Part shown: positions 25,742 through 34,256 of the stretch, piece after piece
Position numbering within the stretch: the first letter of the stretch is position 1
Layout: each line of letters starts with the position of its first letter
Position numbers and translations under genes: made by a program
Notes under the pieces: model-generated
Told to the model about the DNA's origin: nothing
Databases searched by the model: none
What the model saw: the letters and a program-made list of their open reading frames with translations, nothing else
Origin: a virus
DNA length: 64,000 nt
Virus record (IMG/VR): IMGVR_UViG_3300045988_138376
Direction: 5' to 3' (one strand)

Positions 25742-26059
25742 ATGGAAGAATTTGATGTAGAATGCCCATATTGCGGCAAAGGTTTAAATATTGACCATGA
25801 AGATGGCTATGGTTATGAAGAAGGTGAAACTCACACCCAATATTGCTATCATTGCGATGCGAAATTCGTCTATACTACCAGTATCAGCTATTACTATGAA
25901 GTAGACAAAGCTGACTGTCTTAATGGCGGAGAGCATATCTGGGAGTTAACGCCTACCTTTCCTAAATATTATGCTGATATGCAATGTAAATGTTGTGGGG
26001 AGAGACGGCAATTAACAGAAGAGGAAAGAAAGAAGTATAATGTTGAAAATTACATTTGA
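25742..26059 (+). CDS. zinc-ribbon protein
   Basis: 105 aa with CPYCG..CYHCD and CKCCGERR pairs. Confidence 0.6.
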   Translation: MEEFDVECPYCGKGLNIDHEDGYGYEEGETHTQYCYHCDAKFVYTTSISYYYEVDKADCLNGGEHIWELTPTFPKYYADMQCKCCGERRQLTEEERKKYNVENYI

Positions 26060-26061
26060 CT

Positions 26062-26226
26062 ATGAGAACAATTATGCTAATTTCCGCACATATAATAGCT
26101 ACAAGCATACATCCTGATTACTTGGATAATATAAAGGTCACTTCTATTGTATTGGCTGTACTAATAGCAGTCGTTGGAGATACAATAGATATGTTTAACA
26201 ATAAAAAAAAGAGAAGTAATGAATGA
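26062..26226 (+). CDS. possible small membrane protein (54 aa, below the ORF-track cutoff)
   Basis: My hand translation gives MRTIMLISAHIIATSIH...VTSIVLAVLIAVVGD...KKKRSNE. It starts 2 nt after the upstream stop. Confidence 0.35.
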   Translation: MRTIMLISAHIIATSIHPDYLDNIKVTSIVLAVLIAVVGDTIDMFNNKKKRSNE

Positions 26227-26917
26227 ATTAATCAAAGTCCAAATTGAAACAAAAGACGGTATAAACATTGTAAGTAGCAGAGTAATTGCTAACCAACTTG
26301 GAAAGGAACATAAGCATGTTTTAGAGGGTATTAGAAGGATGGGTCTAAATCTCGACCCATGTAATTTTATTGAAAGTTCCTATTTAGATTCGTATAATAG
26401 AAGCAAGGCGGAATATCTTTTAACGAAAGACGGGTTTACTCTTTATATGTTCAACATACAAGGCTATAATGAATTTAAGAGGGCTTATATAAACCGCTTC
26501 AATGAAATGGAAAGGGCATTGAAAACTATGCAGCCAAAACTACCTCAGACTTATAAAGAGGCTTTAAAGGAACTCCTTGTACAAGTTGAGGAAAACGAAC
26601 GGTTGCAGATTGAAAACAAAGATATGAAGCCTAAAGCCGAGTACTTCGATGAAATAGTAGATAGAGGCGGTCTTACTAATTTTAGAGACACAGCGAAACT
26701 GTTAGGCGTATCGGAAAAGGCATTTATTTTTCTACTGATTGACAAGAAGTACATATACAGGGATCAGAAAGGGACTTTAAAACCAGTCGCCAAATATGTA
26801 GGAACTTACTTTGAATTAAAAGAATGGGTAAGAGGAGAAAAGACCGGAACTCAAACATTAATAACGGCTAAAGGGAAAGAGCAGTTCTTAGAGCTAATCA
26901 ATAGCATAAAACTATAA
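26219..26917 (+). CDS. Rha-family N-terminal domain plus KilAC-type (variant B) antirepressor
   Basis: The N-terminus is SSRVIANQLGKEHKHVLEGIRR. The C-terminal KPKAEYFDEIV...FRDTAKLLGV...YFELKEW is highly similar to 43825..44517. Confidence 0.75.
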   Translation: MNELIKVQIETKDGINIVSSRVIANQLGKEHKHVLEGIRRMGLNLDPCNFIESSYLDSYNRSKAEYLLTKDGFTLYMFNIQGYNEFKRAYINRFNEMERALKTMQPKLPQTYKEALKELLVQVEENERLQIENKDMKPKAEYFDEIVDRGGLTNFRDTAKLLGVSEKAFIFLLIDKKYIYRDQKGTLKPVAKYVGTYFELKEWVRGEKTGTQTLITAKGKEQFLELINSIKL

Positions 26918-26921
26918 TCTC

Positions 26922-27695
26922 ATGAAAAACATATTTTTCGGTAAGGACATCACTTTATACAACTATAATTGTTTGGAAGTAATGCCTCTCCTGCAAAGTT
27001 CAAGTATTGATTTAATTCTATGCGATCCTCCTTTTGGTACAACAGCTTCTCAGTGGGACAAAATTATTTCTTTTGATGAAATGTGGAAGGAGGTTAAAAG
27101 AATAAGGAAAGAAAATGCGCCTACAGCTCTATTTGGCAGCGAACCGTTTAGCAGTCTTCTTCGTTGTAGCAATTTAAATGAATTTAAATATGATTGGGTC
27201 TGGGAGAAATCGAAAGCAAGTAACTTTCTACTCGCTAAAAAACAACCTTTGAAAGCGCATGAATTAATCAGCGTTTTTGGTAAAGGGAAAATCCCTTATT
27301 ATCCAATTATGGAGGAAGGAGAGCCTTATGGAAATCGCACAAAAAGAGGAAGCAATTGGACGGGAGTTAACAATGTGCCAAATCCTACATTCAGGCATGA
27401 AAACAAAGGAACACGATACCCACGAAGTGTAAAATACTTCAAAACTGCGGAATCAGAGGGGAAAACAATTCACGTTAATCAGAAACCCATCGCGTTGTTA
27501 ATGTATCTTATACAAACATACACAAAAGAGGGAGACACAGTTCTTGATTTTGCTGCTGGAAGTATGAGTACGGCTATTGCTTGTCTTTATACAAATAGGA
27601 AATGTATCTGCATAGAAAAAGACGAAAATTACTTCTTGCTTGGAGCAGAAAGAGTTGAAAAAGAATATCAAAGCGTAAGGGGATTAAGATTTTGA
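26922..27695 (+). CDS. DNA methyltransferase, N6-adenine/N4-cytosine family (beta-class motif order)
   Basis: Motif IV is ILCDPPFG near the N-terminus and the AdoMet motif VLDFAAGSMSTAIA is near the C-terminus. Confidence 0.85.
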   Translation: MKNIFFGKDITLYNYNCLEVMPLLQSSSIDLILCDPPFGTTASQWDKIISFDEMWKEVKRIRKENAPTALFGSEPFSSLLRCSNLNEFKYDWVWEKSKASNFLLAKKQPLKAHELISVFGKGKIPYYPIMEEGEPYGNRTKRGSNWTGVNNVPNPTFRHENKGTRYPRSVKYFKTAESEGKTIHVNQKPIALLMYLIQTYTKEGDTVLDFAAGSMSTAIACLYTNRKCICIEKDENYFLLGAERVEKEYQSVRGLRF

Positions 27696-27712
27696 ATATT
27701 AAATAAAAAATT

Positions 27713-27928
27713 ATGAAACATAAATCAAGCGTAATCAATCCGTATAACGGAATGTTTGGGCAGCAGGGATGGATTTGCCCGAAGTGTGGGAGAGTATATT
27801 CACCTTTTACTCAAATGTGTTTACATTGTAAGCCCAATAATACAACAACTGTTTCTAATATTGGTAACAGAACTAATAAGATTGTCAGTGAAGAAGAACT
27901 AAGAGAAAACCGTAAAACGATAAAATAA
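27713..27928 (+). CDS. small zinc-ribbon protein
   Basis: 71 aa with CPKCG..12..CLHC. Confidence 0.55.
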   Translation: MKHKSSVINPYNGMFGQQGWICPKCGRVYSPFTQMCLHCKPNNTTTVSNIGNRTNKIVSEEELRENRKTIK

Positions 27929-27973
27929 CAAATTAAATAGCCTTGGACGGGCTTTGTAAAATCCTTAAACATT

Positions 27974-28219
27974 ATGACATTTGAACAAGAAGTTGTAGAA
28001 ACAAAAAGATTGCGTCAAGAAATTGATGCTAAGATTCAAGAAGTGAAAGACCTTCCAGTAAGTCGTGAACGTAGCCTTACTATCACAAAATTACAAGAAG
28101 CTGTTATGTGGCTCGGTATGGATTTGAAACGACTGGGTACTGATAATCCTTATCCATCAAGTAAAGACCCTTCAACGGGAACAGTTATAGAACCTACCGC
28201 TGATGGATTGAAGCTATGA
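27974..28219 (+). CDS. hypothetical small protein
   Basis: 81-aa ORF. Confidence 0.55.
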   Translation: MTFEQEVVETKRLRQEIDAKIQEVKDLPVSRERSLTITKLQEAVMWLGMDLKRLGTDNPYPSSKDPSTGTVIEPTADGLKL

Positions 28220-28506
28220 TTACTCAACAACACATTGATGCACTTAAAAAGTACCTTGGGGAAGAAAACCTAAGGTACTTCCGACACTTGAAAGGTTTGA
28301 AAGGATGCGTTTTCCCCGTACTAAGGTTGAATTTCAATAGAAAACACATTCCGTTTCATCCTGTAGGATTGAGGGAAGGTATGCAAATAAGAAATTGGAT
28401 GCGTGCGAATTTTCCTGAATTCAGAAAGCTATCTCAAGACAAGATTGAGAAATATTCTAAGGAATTGGTAGAAAAAGCAATAATAAATTTACATAAAACA
28501 ACATAA
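28216..28506 (+). CDS. hypothetical protein
   Basis: 96-aa ORF with an ATGA overlap. Confidence 0.55.
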   Translation: MITQQHIDALKKYLGEENLRYFRHLKGLKGCVFPVLRLNFNRKHIPFHPVGLREGMQIRNWMRANFPEFRKLSQDKIEKYSKELVEKAIINLHKTT

Positions 28507-28509
28507 AGT

Positions 28510-28839
28510 ATGAAACAGACATTAGAAGAAGCAGCTAAAGAAAATATTCTGTTTAATCACAGAACAGCTGATCGCACTTTATCAGGTAAGAACTTGGCAC
28601 AATTTGGGGAGATTAATTTCATTCAAGGTGCCGAATGGCAGGCAGAGCAATCTCCGTGGATCAGCGTCAAGGAACGGTTACCGGAATCCAACATCACGGT
28701 TTTTACTAAAGGAGCTTATGGATACCTTATTTGTTTTCTTTCAAATTTAGGAGAATGGGAAACAGGTGCAAACATTAATGAAGAAAGATTAGGTATAACA
28801 CATTGGATGCCTATTCCCTCTTTAAATGAAAATCATTAA
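28510..28839 (+). CDS. DUF551-like phage protein
   Basis: The segment WISVKERLPESN....ITHWMPIPSL matches the DUF551 pattern as I remember it. Confidence 0.55.
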   Translation: MKQTLEEAAKENILFNHRTADRTLSGKNLAQFGEINFIQGAEWQAEQSPWISVKERLPESNITVFTKGAYGYLICFLSNLGEWETGANINEERLGITHWMPIPSLNENH

Positions 28840-28841
28840 GT

Positions 28842-29276
28842 ATGAGTAGAACACCTAAAACAAATAGAGTTTGGAATAAACAGGAGAAACGGATAGTCCG
28901 ACTTCTCTATCGCAAAGGATTTGATATAGACTTATCAAACTTGTATTGGGCTTCCTATAAAAAGACAGGAAAGAAGTACAGACGTAAAGGTTCTACGTTT
29001 AGCTCTTCGGGTTATCGTGACGAAGTTTATTTTTGTACTCGGGACTATTGGGGAGAATATGACGAATATTCTTTAGTTGACTCCTTTATAGAAATGAAGA
29101 CATGGGAAAATATTCCTGATGACGTACTAAAGAACTGTGATGATATGTGGAAAGCATATTCGCTATCAAATTTCCAATGTAAAAGTAGAAAGTGGCTGAT
29201 TAAATATTTGTCAACCCTTTCCACCGTTAGATTCGATTCGAAGGTAAATAAAATTCTGAGAATCAAACATTATTAA
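28842..29276 (+). CDS. hypothetical protein
   Basis: 144-aa ORF. Confidence 0.6.
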   Translation: MSRTPKTNRVWNKQEKRIVRLLYRKGFDIDLSNLYWASYKKTGKKYRRKGSTFSSSGYRDEVYFCTRDYWGEYDEYSLVDSFIEMKTWENIPDDVLKNCDDMWKAYSLSNFQCKSRKWLIKYLSTLSTVRFDSKVNKILRIKHY

Positions 29277-29360
29277 AAACTAAAATGAATAATATTATGG
29301 ACGAAAAACAGAAAAGAATACTTCAGTACTCTACTATGCTAACAGCACAGATTTTTTGAG

Positions 29361-29591
29361 ATGTTTCAAGAAGAAGACTGTGAAAATTACTTAGGTGATA
29401 GAGACGTGAATAGTGTTGAATTTGGAATGGCATTAATGCTCGCAAATTGTAGTATTTTCAAAACATTGTTTGGGGAAACAAACGTAAATCTATTAGAGGC
29501 AAGCCACATGTGTAATAGTCTTGCGGTTGAATATCTGATGCAATATGGCAAGATGTCCAAACAGGATGATGAAGAATCCGATGATGAATAA
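29361..29591 (+). CDS. hypothetical small protein with acidic tail
   Basis: 76 aa, ending in QDDEESDDE. Confidence 0.5.
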   Translation: MFQEEDCENYLGDRDVNSVEFGMALMLANCSIFKTLFGETNVNLLEASHMCNSLAVEYLMQYGKMSKQDDEESDDE

Positions 29592-29610
29592 CCTTCAATA
29601 CAAATAAGAA

Positions 29611-29889
29611 ATGAACGGAGAACAAATAATACCGCCAATTACTGACCCATTGGGACAGAGTTGGCGACAGCCTCACAGAAGGTTTATCGAATTGGATGAT
29701 ACCCACGCTCTTATGAGTGAGCAGACTTTAAAAGCTCTGAAAGAGTATTCCACCACAATACCTACTGGAATATATGACGGTAAAATGTGGAAAGGGCTTG
29801 CGAATGGTGAGTGGTATCTTGTATGGTTTGCTCCTGACGAAGCCCCTGACAAAGCTCGTATAGAGAAAAGAAAAATTTTAATAGCGTAA
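29611..29889 (+). CDS. hypothetical protein
   Basis: 92-aa ORF. Confidence 0.55.
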   Translation: MNGEQIIPPITDPLGQSWRQPHRRFIELDDTHALMSEQTLKALKEYSTTIPTGIYDGKMWKGLANGEWYLVWFAPDEAPDKARIEKRKILIA

Positions 29890-29908
29890 AACAGTTTAGA
29901 AATTAATT

Positions 29909-31855
29909 ATGAAAGAGATTAAATTAAAAAAGTTAATTCTCCAAAATTGGAGAGGAAGAAATCTTGTTATTTCATTTAAATTAGATGGAGTAACCAACAT
30001 TATGGGACGTAATAAAAGTGGTAAAAGCTCTTTGAAAGATGCTTTTTTGTGGTTAATGACAGGATTTGATTCAAGCAACCGCGCAAATTACAATCTTTTT
30101 GACAACAACCATAATTATACAGCAGAAGATTCTCCTGTTGCATCTGTTGAAGCTCTTATTGCCATTGACGGGAATGAATTTTATTTTAAAAAAGAAGCAA
30201 AAAAAGGATGGATAAGAAGAAGAGGGAATAAGGAATATGAATTAAAAGGATCTGATGATTACGTCTGCTATTTTGACGGAATCGAGGTATCGGCCGGAGA
30301 ATACAAGAAGCGAGTTTCCGAATTATTGTGCGAGATAGAGCCATTAAAGGTTATGTTGAACACAGAATATTTTCTTAGTTTAGAATGGAAACAACAACGC
30401 GAAATGCTTTCTTTATTAGCTGGGGACATTCAGGAGAGTGATTTCAAATCCAATTACAGCGATTTATTTCTTCTTCTGAAAAAATACTCGATTGATGAAT
30501 TGAAGGCACAAGTCAAGACAAAGATAAGCCCTATGAAGCAGCAATTGAGTTCTTTCCCTTTAACAATACAAACTCTCGAACAACATTTGCCTGACATATC
30601 TAATGTTTGCGATTTAGAAAAAGAAATAGGGGAATTGAAAAGCAAAATCGTAGAGATAGATAATGCAATATTATCAGCTTCAAAAATGGCCGAACCTTAT
30701 ATTGAGATGAGGAACAAGCAATTACAAGAATTATCTAACATCAACTCGGAGATTAGAAATAAGAAAAGTGACTTTGAATATAATCAGAATGAAAAGCCGA
30801 ACAAAATCAGGAGACAAATACAGGAAGCAAAAAAAGAAAACGAATATATTCAAAGACAAAGGAATAAAACGCAAGAAGAAAGAAAGTCTAACGAAAATAA
30901 ATTAGCTCGATTAAAAGCAAAGGTAGAAGAGCACGATGAATATCGAAAAAAGCTATTAATTGAAAAAGACGAGTTGTTAAAAAGGGAATTTAACAGCGAA
31001 AAATGCTCTTTCTGCGGACAAGATCTTCCTGAATCAATGCTTGAAGCAAAAAGAAGAGATTTTTATGAAAAAAGAGAAAATGCAGTAAATGATATTATTA
31101 AAAAGGGAAAAGAAAACAATGAAAGGAAACAAGAAAAACTTGAAGAAATAGAACGTATAGAAGCTCTATTAGCTGATGATATTGAAAGTCCGATGTATAT
31201 TGACATAGAGGAATTGGAAAAGGGACTGCAAGAAGCGGAGCAAAAAACCTTAAAATTTGAAGATTCTGATGAATATAAAAAGCTAAAAGACAAAGCTGCT
31301 GCAATTCAAAATGGGTTAACAGAAGTCCCAGTAGTAGATAATACTAATCTGCTAAATATGAAAGAATCATTGACCCTGCAAATTGAAGAGAAAAGTCGTG
31401 CAATGGGACTTGTCGATGAAAGAGAAAGACAATTAAAAACGATTGCTTCTTTAAAAAGAGAAATGCGCGAAGTTGCCGATAGTTTGGCCGTGCAAGAGCA
31501 AATAGAGGCAAATATTAAATCCTATGAAGAAGAGCGCGCCCAAATTGTTTCTAACAAAGTAAATAAATATTTTAGTAGATGCAATATTTCTATGATGCAA
31601 CAGGACAAGTCTGGGCAATGGATACCGAGCTGCACAATAACTGTATCTGATGGCAGTTTGGTGAGCACCTGCAATGGAGCCGAAAATATTTTAGTAGGAC
31701 TTGACATTTCAAATGCTTTTGCTTCATATTATGACATTAGCTTGCCTGTATTTGTAGATGATGTAAATCTTATAAATAGCGATGTAAATGTCGAAACAAA
31801 TCATCAACTCATTAAATTAGTAGTTAGCGAAGACGAAAACATTATTGTTCGTTAA
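29909..31855 (+). CDS. Rad50/SbcC-like coiled-coil ATPase with central CxxC zinc hook
   Basis: Walker A is GRNKSGKSS. A long coiled coil has CSFC at its midpoint (nt 31004-31015, aa 366-369 of 648). The C-terminal Walker B is LPVFVDDV. Confidence 0.75.
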   Translation: MKEIKLKKLILQNWRGRNLVISFKLDGVTNIMGRNKSGKSSLKDAFLWLMTGFDSSNRANYNLFDNNHNYTAEDSPVASVEALIAIDGNEFYFKKEAKKGWIRRRGNKEYELKGSDDYVCYFDGIEVSAGEYKKRVSELLCEIEPLKVMLNTEYFLSLEWKQQREMLSLLAGDIQESDFKSNYSDLFLLLKKYSIDELKAQVKTKISPMKQQLSSFPLTIQTLEQHLPDISNVCDLEKEIGELKSKIVEIDNAILSASKMAEPYIEMRNKQLQELSNINSEIRNKKSDFEYNQNEKPNKIRRQIQEAKKENEYIQRQRNKTQEERKSNENKLARLKAKVEEHDEYRKKLLIEKDELLKREFNSEKCSFCGQDLPESMLEAKRRDFYEKRENAVNDIIKKGKENNERKQEKLEEIERIEALLADDIESPMYIDIEELEKGLQEAEQKTLKFEDSDEYKKLKDKAAAIQNGLTEVPVVDNTNLLNMKESLTLQIEEKSRAMGLVDERERQLKTIASLKREMREVADSLAVQEQIEANIKSYEEERAQIVSNKVNKYFSRCNISMMQQDKSGQWIPSCTITVSDGSLVSTCNGAENILVGLDISNAFASYYDISLPVFVDDVNLINSDVNVETNHQLIKLVVSEDENIIVR

Positions 31856-31915
31856 AAACTTGCCTGTTAGAGAAAAAAGTAGTATTTTTATAAACTTTAA
31901 AAAACAAATAAACTT

Positions 31916-32362
31916 ATGCAAAATTGGTATGAAGGCGTAATACGCTATGAAAAAGTAACAGAAGAAGGTAAAGTAAAGAAAGTAAATGAATTATATTTAG
32001 TTGATGCACTTTCTGCTACAGAATGCGAAGCACGTCTAATCGAAGAAATGACTCCGTTTATTACAGGAGAATTTGCTGTAAAATCAGTCAAAGAGTCGAA
32101 TTACTCTGAATTGTTTCTAAGTGAAGAAGAAGCTGCTGACCGTTATTTTAAATGCAAATTGATTTTTATCACATTGGACGAAAAAAGTGGGAAGGAATCT
32201 AAAACATCTACTCTGATTTTGGTACAAGCTGCCGATCTGCGCGATGCTGTAAAGAAGCTGGATGAAGGCATGAAAGGTACAATGGCTGATTATCAGATCG
32301 GTTCTGTTGCTGAAACAGCAATTATGGACGTATATTTATATAACAATAACAACAATAATTAA
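31916..32362 (+). CDS. DUF4494-like protein
   Basis: 148 aa. The N-terminus MQNWYEGVIRYEKVTEEGKVKKVNELYLVDA resembles DUF4494 as I remember it. This is not verified. Confidence 0.5.
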   Translation: MQNWYEGVIRYEKVTEEGKVKKVNELYLVDALSATECEARLIEEMTPFITGEFAVKSVKESNYSELFLSEEEAADRYFKCKLIFITLDEKSGKESKTSTLILVQAADLRDAVKKLDEGMKGTMADYQIGSVAETAIMDVYLYNNNNNN

Positions 32363-32366
32363 TAAA

Positions 32367-32714
32367 ATGGCAAAGAAAGTAACAGACATAGATAGCGCTA
32401 CCGATATTTTTTTATCATGCAGTATTTGCTTATCGGACATTCCTAAAGATGTCATCTATACATCTAAGGGTGGAAAAAAATACGTTCGGTTTTCAATAAG
32501 CAAACTAAAGGAACTTGGTAAATTTGGAGACACCCATTATCTTAAATATTCAGCTTCACAAGAAGACAAAGCTCGCGGGCAATATGACATCTTTATTGGA
32601 GGAGGAACAGAATACCAAAGAGGAGAAGGAGCAGATGCAGAAGTAGGGTCTGCTAAGAAACAAAATAAACCAAGCGTTCAACCGACCGTACCAGCAGATG
32701 ATTTGCCTTGGTAA
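32367..32714 (+). CDS. small protein with SSB-like C-terminal tip (ADDLPW); candidate single-strand DNA-binding or adaptor protein
   Basis: The start is set at the ATG at 32367 (MAKKVTDIDS). A Gly-rich, low-complexity linker precedes the terminal DDLPW, which resembles the bacterial SSB tip DDD(I/L)PF. Confidence 0.55.
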   Translation: MAKKVTDIDSATDIFLSCSICLSDIPKDVIYTSKGGKKYVRFSISKLKELGKFGDTHYLKYSASQEDKARGQYDIFIGGGTEYQRGEGADAEVGSAKKQNKPSVQPTVPADDLPW

Positions 32715-32739
32715 TATTGCACAATAATTAGAAGTTTCT

Positions 32740-32747
32740 TATATTTG
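32740..32747 (+). promoter_or_regulatory. -7 promoter box TATATTTG
   Basis: Perfect TAnnTTTG, 5 nt upstream of the leader closing helix. Confidence 0.55.
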
Positions 32748-32857
32748 CAACCGAAAGGGATAGTTGAGGGTCATGGCTCAATGATAAGGCTAAGCTAACA
32801 GGCTTCCCCTTTCTCTTTTAATCGTCAGAATTACCTCAACCGTTAGTCCTATAACGG
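32748..32857 (+). ncRNA. structured 5' leader RNA, family copy 1 (upstream of recT)
   Basis: The closing helix is GAAAGGG/CCCCTTTC (32753-32813) and the hairpin is GTTGAG/CTCAAT. GATAAG joiner and CTTCCC are conserved. The internal CTAAC(A)GG is complementary to CCGTTAG at 32840-32846, which can alternatively pair with TAACGG at 32852-32857. Confidence 0.55.
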
Positions 32858-32879
32858 AATTAACTTTAATAGAAAAAAT

Positions 32880-33740
32880 ATGGCAGAAACAAAAAATCAA
32901 ATGATTTCCAAAGCTGATATTGGGAATCAAGTAATCACAAGAATAGATGACCTTTGCAAAGTAGGGTTCACTATGCCAGCAGATTACAATTATGTAAATG
33001 CAATTAAAGGCGCAATGCTTTTATTGAATGACGTAAAAAACAAAGATCGAGTTCCCGCTTTATCTTGTTGCACTCCCAATAGTATATCTACAGCGTTATT
33101 CAAAATGGCGACGCTCGGATTGGATGTAACGAAGAAGCAGGCATATCTAATTGTAAGAGGAGACCAACTTTGCCTTGAAGAAAGTTATTTCGGTACTTGT
33201 TTACAAGCAAGAAGAGTCTCTAAAAATTACGAACCAATCGCAAATGTTATCTACAAAGGAGATACTTTTAAATTTGAAGTTAATCCAGAGACAGGAAGAA
33301 AGCGCATTGTAGAGCATACTCAGACATTAGAATCAATTGATTCCGGAGAAATGATTGGAGCTTATGCTATTGTAACAAATGACAAGGGAGAAACCGACGT
33401 TGAAATTATGTCTATGTCACAAATAAAGAAAAGTTGGGCAAAAAGTTCTTCTTCTCAACAGTTGGTGCATCGGGAATTTGGAGACCAAATGGCAAAAAGA
33501 ACTGTAATTAAAAGAGCCGCAAAAATGCTTATAAATTCTGCGCTTTCAGAAAATACTATTCCGGATGATGAACTCGAACCAAATAATGAACTCGATCCTA
33601 CAAAGCAAATTGCTCCTGATTATGCGGAATATGAAGAAGTCGAAGAAGCAACGCCAGTAGAAGCCGTACCCATACAAAAAGAGGAAGCTAAGAAAGAAGA
33701 AGCAGTTAAACAGCCCGCTTCGGAGCCAGAGCCTTTTTAG
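32880..33740 (+). CDS. recT: RecT-family single-strand annealing recombinase
   Basis: 286 aa. The core (LGLDVTKKQAYLIVRGDQL..ESYFG...IGAYAIVTNDKGE...MAKRTVIKRAAK) follows the RecT pattern. It has an acidic tail ending in EPEPF. Confidence 0.75.
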   Translation: MAETKNQMISKADIGNQVITRIDDLCKVGFTMPADYNYVNAIKGAMLLLNDVKNKDRVPALSCCTPNSISTALFKMATLGLDVTKKQAYLIVRGDQLCLEESYFGTCLQARRVSKNYEPIANVIYKGDTFKFEVNPETGRKRIVEHTQTLESIDSGEMIGAYAIVTNDKGETDVEIMSMSQIKKSWAKSSSSQQLVHREFGDQMAKRTVIKRAAKMLINSALSENTIPDDELEPNNELDPTKQIAPDYAEYEEVEEATPVEAVPIQKEEAKKEEAVKQPASEPEPF

Positions 33741-33828
33741 CATGGACGATGACGAAATAGACATATCCTACGAGGAAATGTCCCCAGATTCATACGATTG
33801 CGGAGAAATTTGGTAATGAATAAACTTA

Positions 33829-33873
33829 ATCCCATCTTGATTAGATAGTAATATCTATTCGGATGGGTTTTTT
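33829..33873 (+). terminator. rho-independent terminator
   Basis: Stem CCCATC/GATGGG (33831-33836 with 33862-33867) is followed by TTTTTT. Confidence 0.55.
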
Positions 33874-33904
33874 AATGAGAACAAAATAAAAAAAAGAACT
33901 AATT

Positions 33905-34255
33905 ATGAGCAGAATAGAAAGACATACTGGTAAAATTAAAAAAGTAGATTTGAATAATTATACCGTCGAAGGATGGTGTGAACGAAAATGTAAGGAGCTT
34001 GGAATAGAGTTAGATACATATTATAAGACTTACAAAGAAGCATTGCTAAATGATCCCTACCCAGCTATTGTGATTGAACTCGATGATGAACTTTGGGAAG
34101 TCATTGAGGATAAAGAAGAAGAGGCTTCAGAAGATATTTCGATTCTTATTCCTAACAGTGATGGGACGTATAGCTATATTATGCAATTTTACAATGGCGG
34201 AACATGTTTAAACGAAATGCTTGAAGATGGTATTGGAAATATAAAGGAGGATTAA
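33905..34255 (+). CDS. hypothetical protein
   Basis: 116-aa ORF. Confidence 0.55.
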   Translation: MSRIERHTGKIKKVDLNNYTVEGWCERKCKELGIELDTYYKTYKEALLNDPYPAIVIELDDELWEVIEDKEEEASEDISILIPNSDGTYSYIMQFYNGGTCLNEMLEDGIGNIKED

Positions 34256-34256
34256 T

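Noticed and set aside
33742-33816. 24-codon acidic ORF (MDDDEIDISYEEMSPDSYDCGEIW) immediately after recT.
   Set aside because: It is too short to support from sequence alone, although its position before the terminator is suggestive. It is left unannotated.
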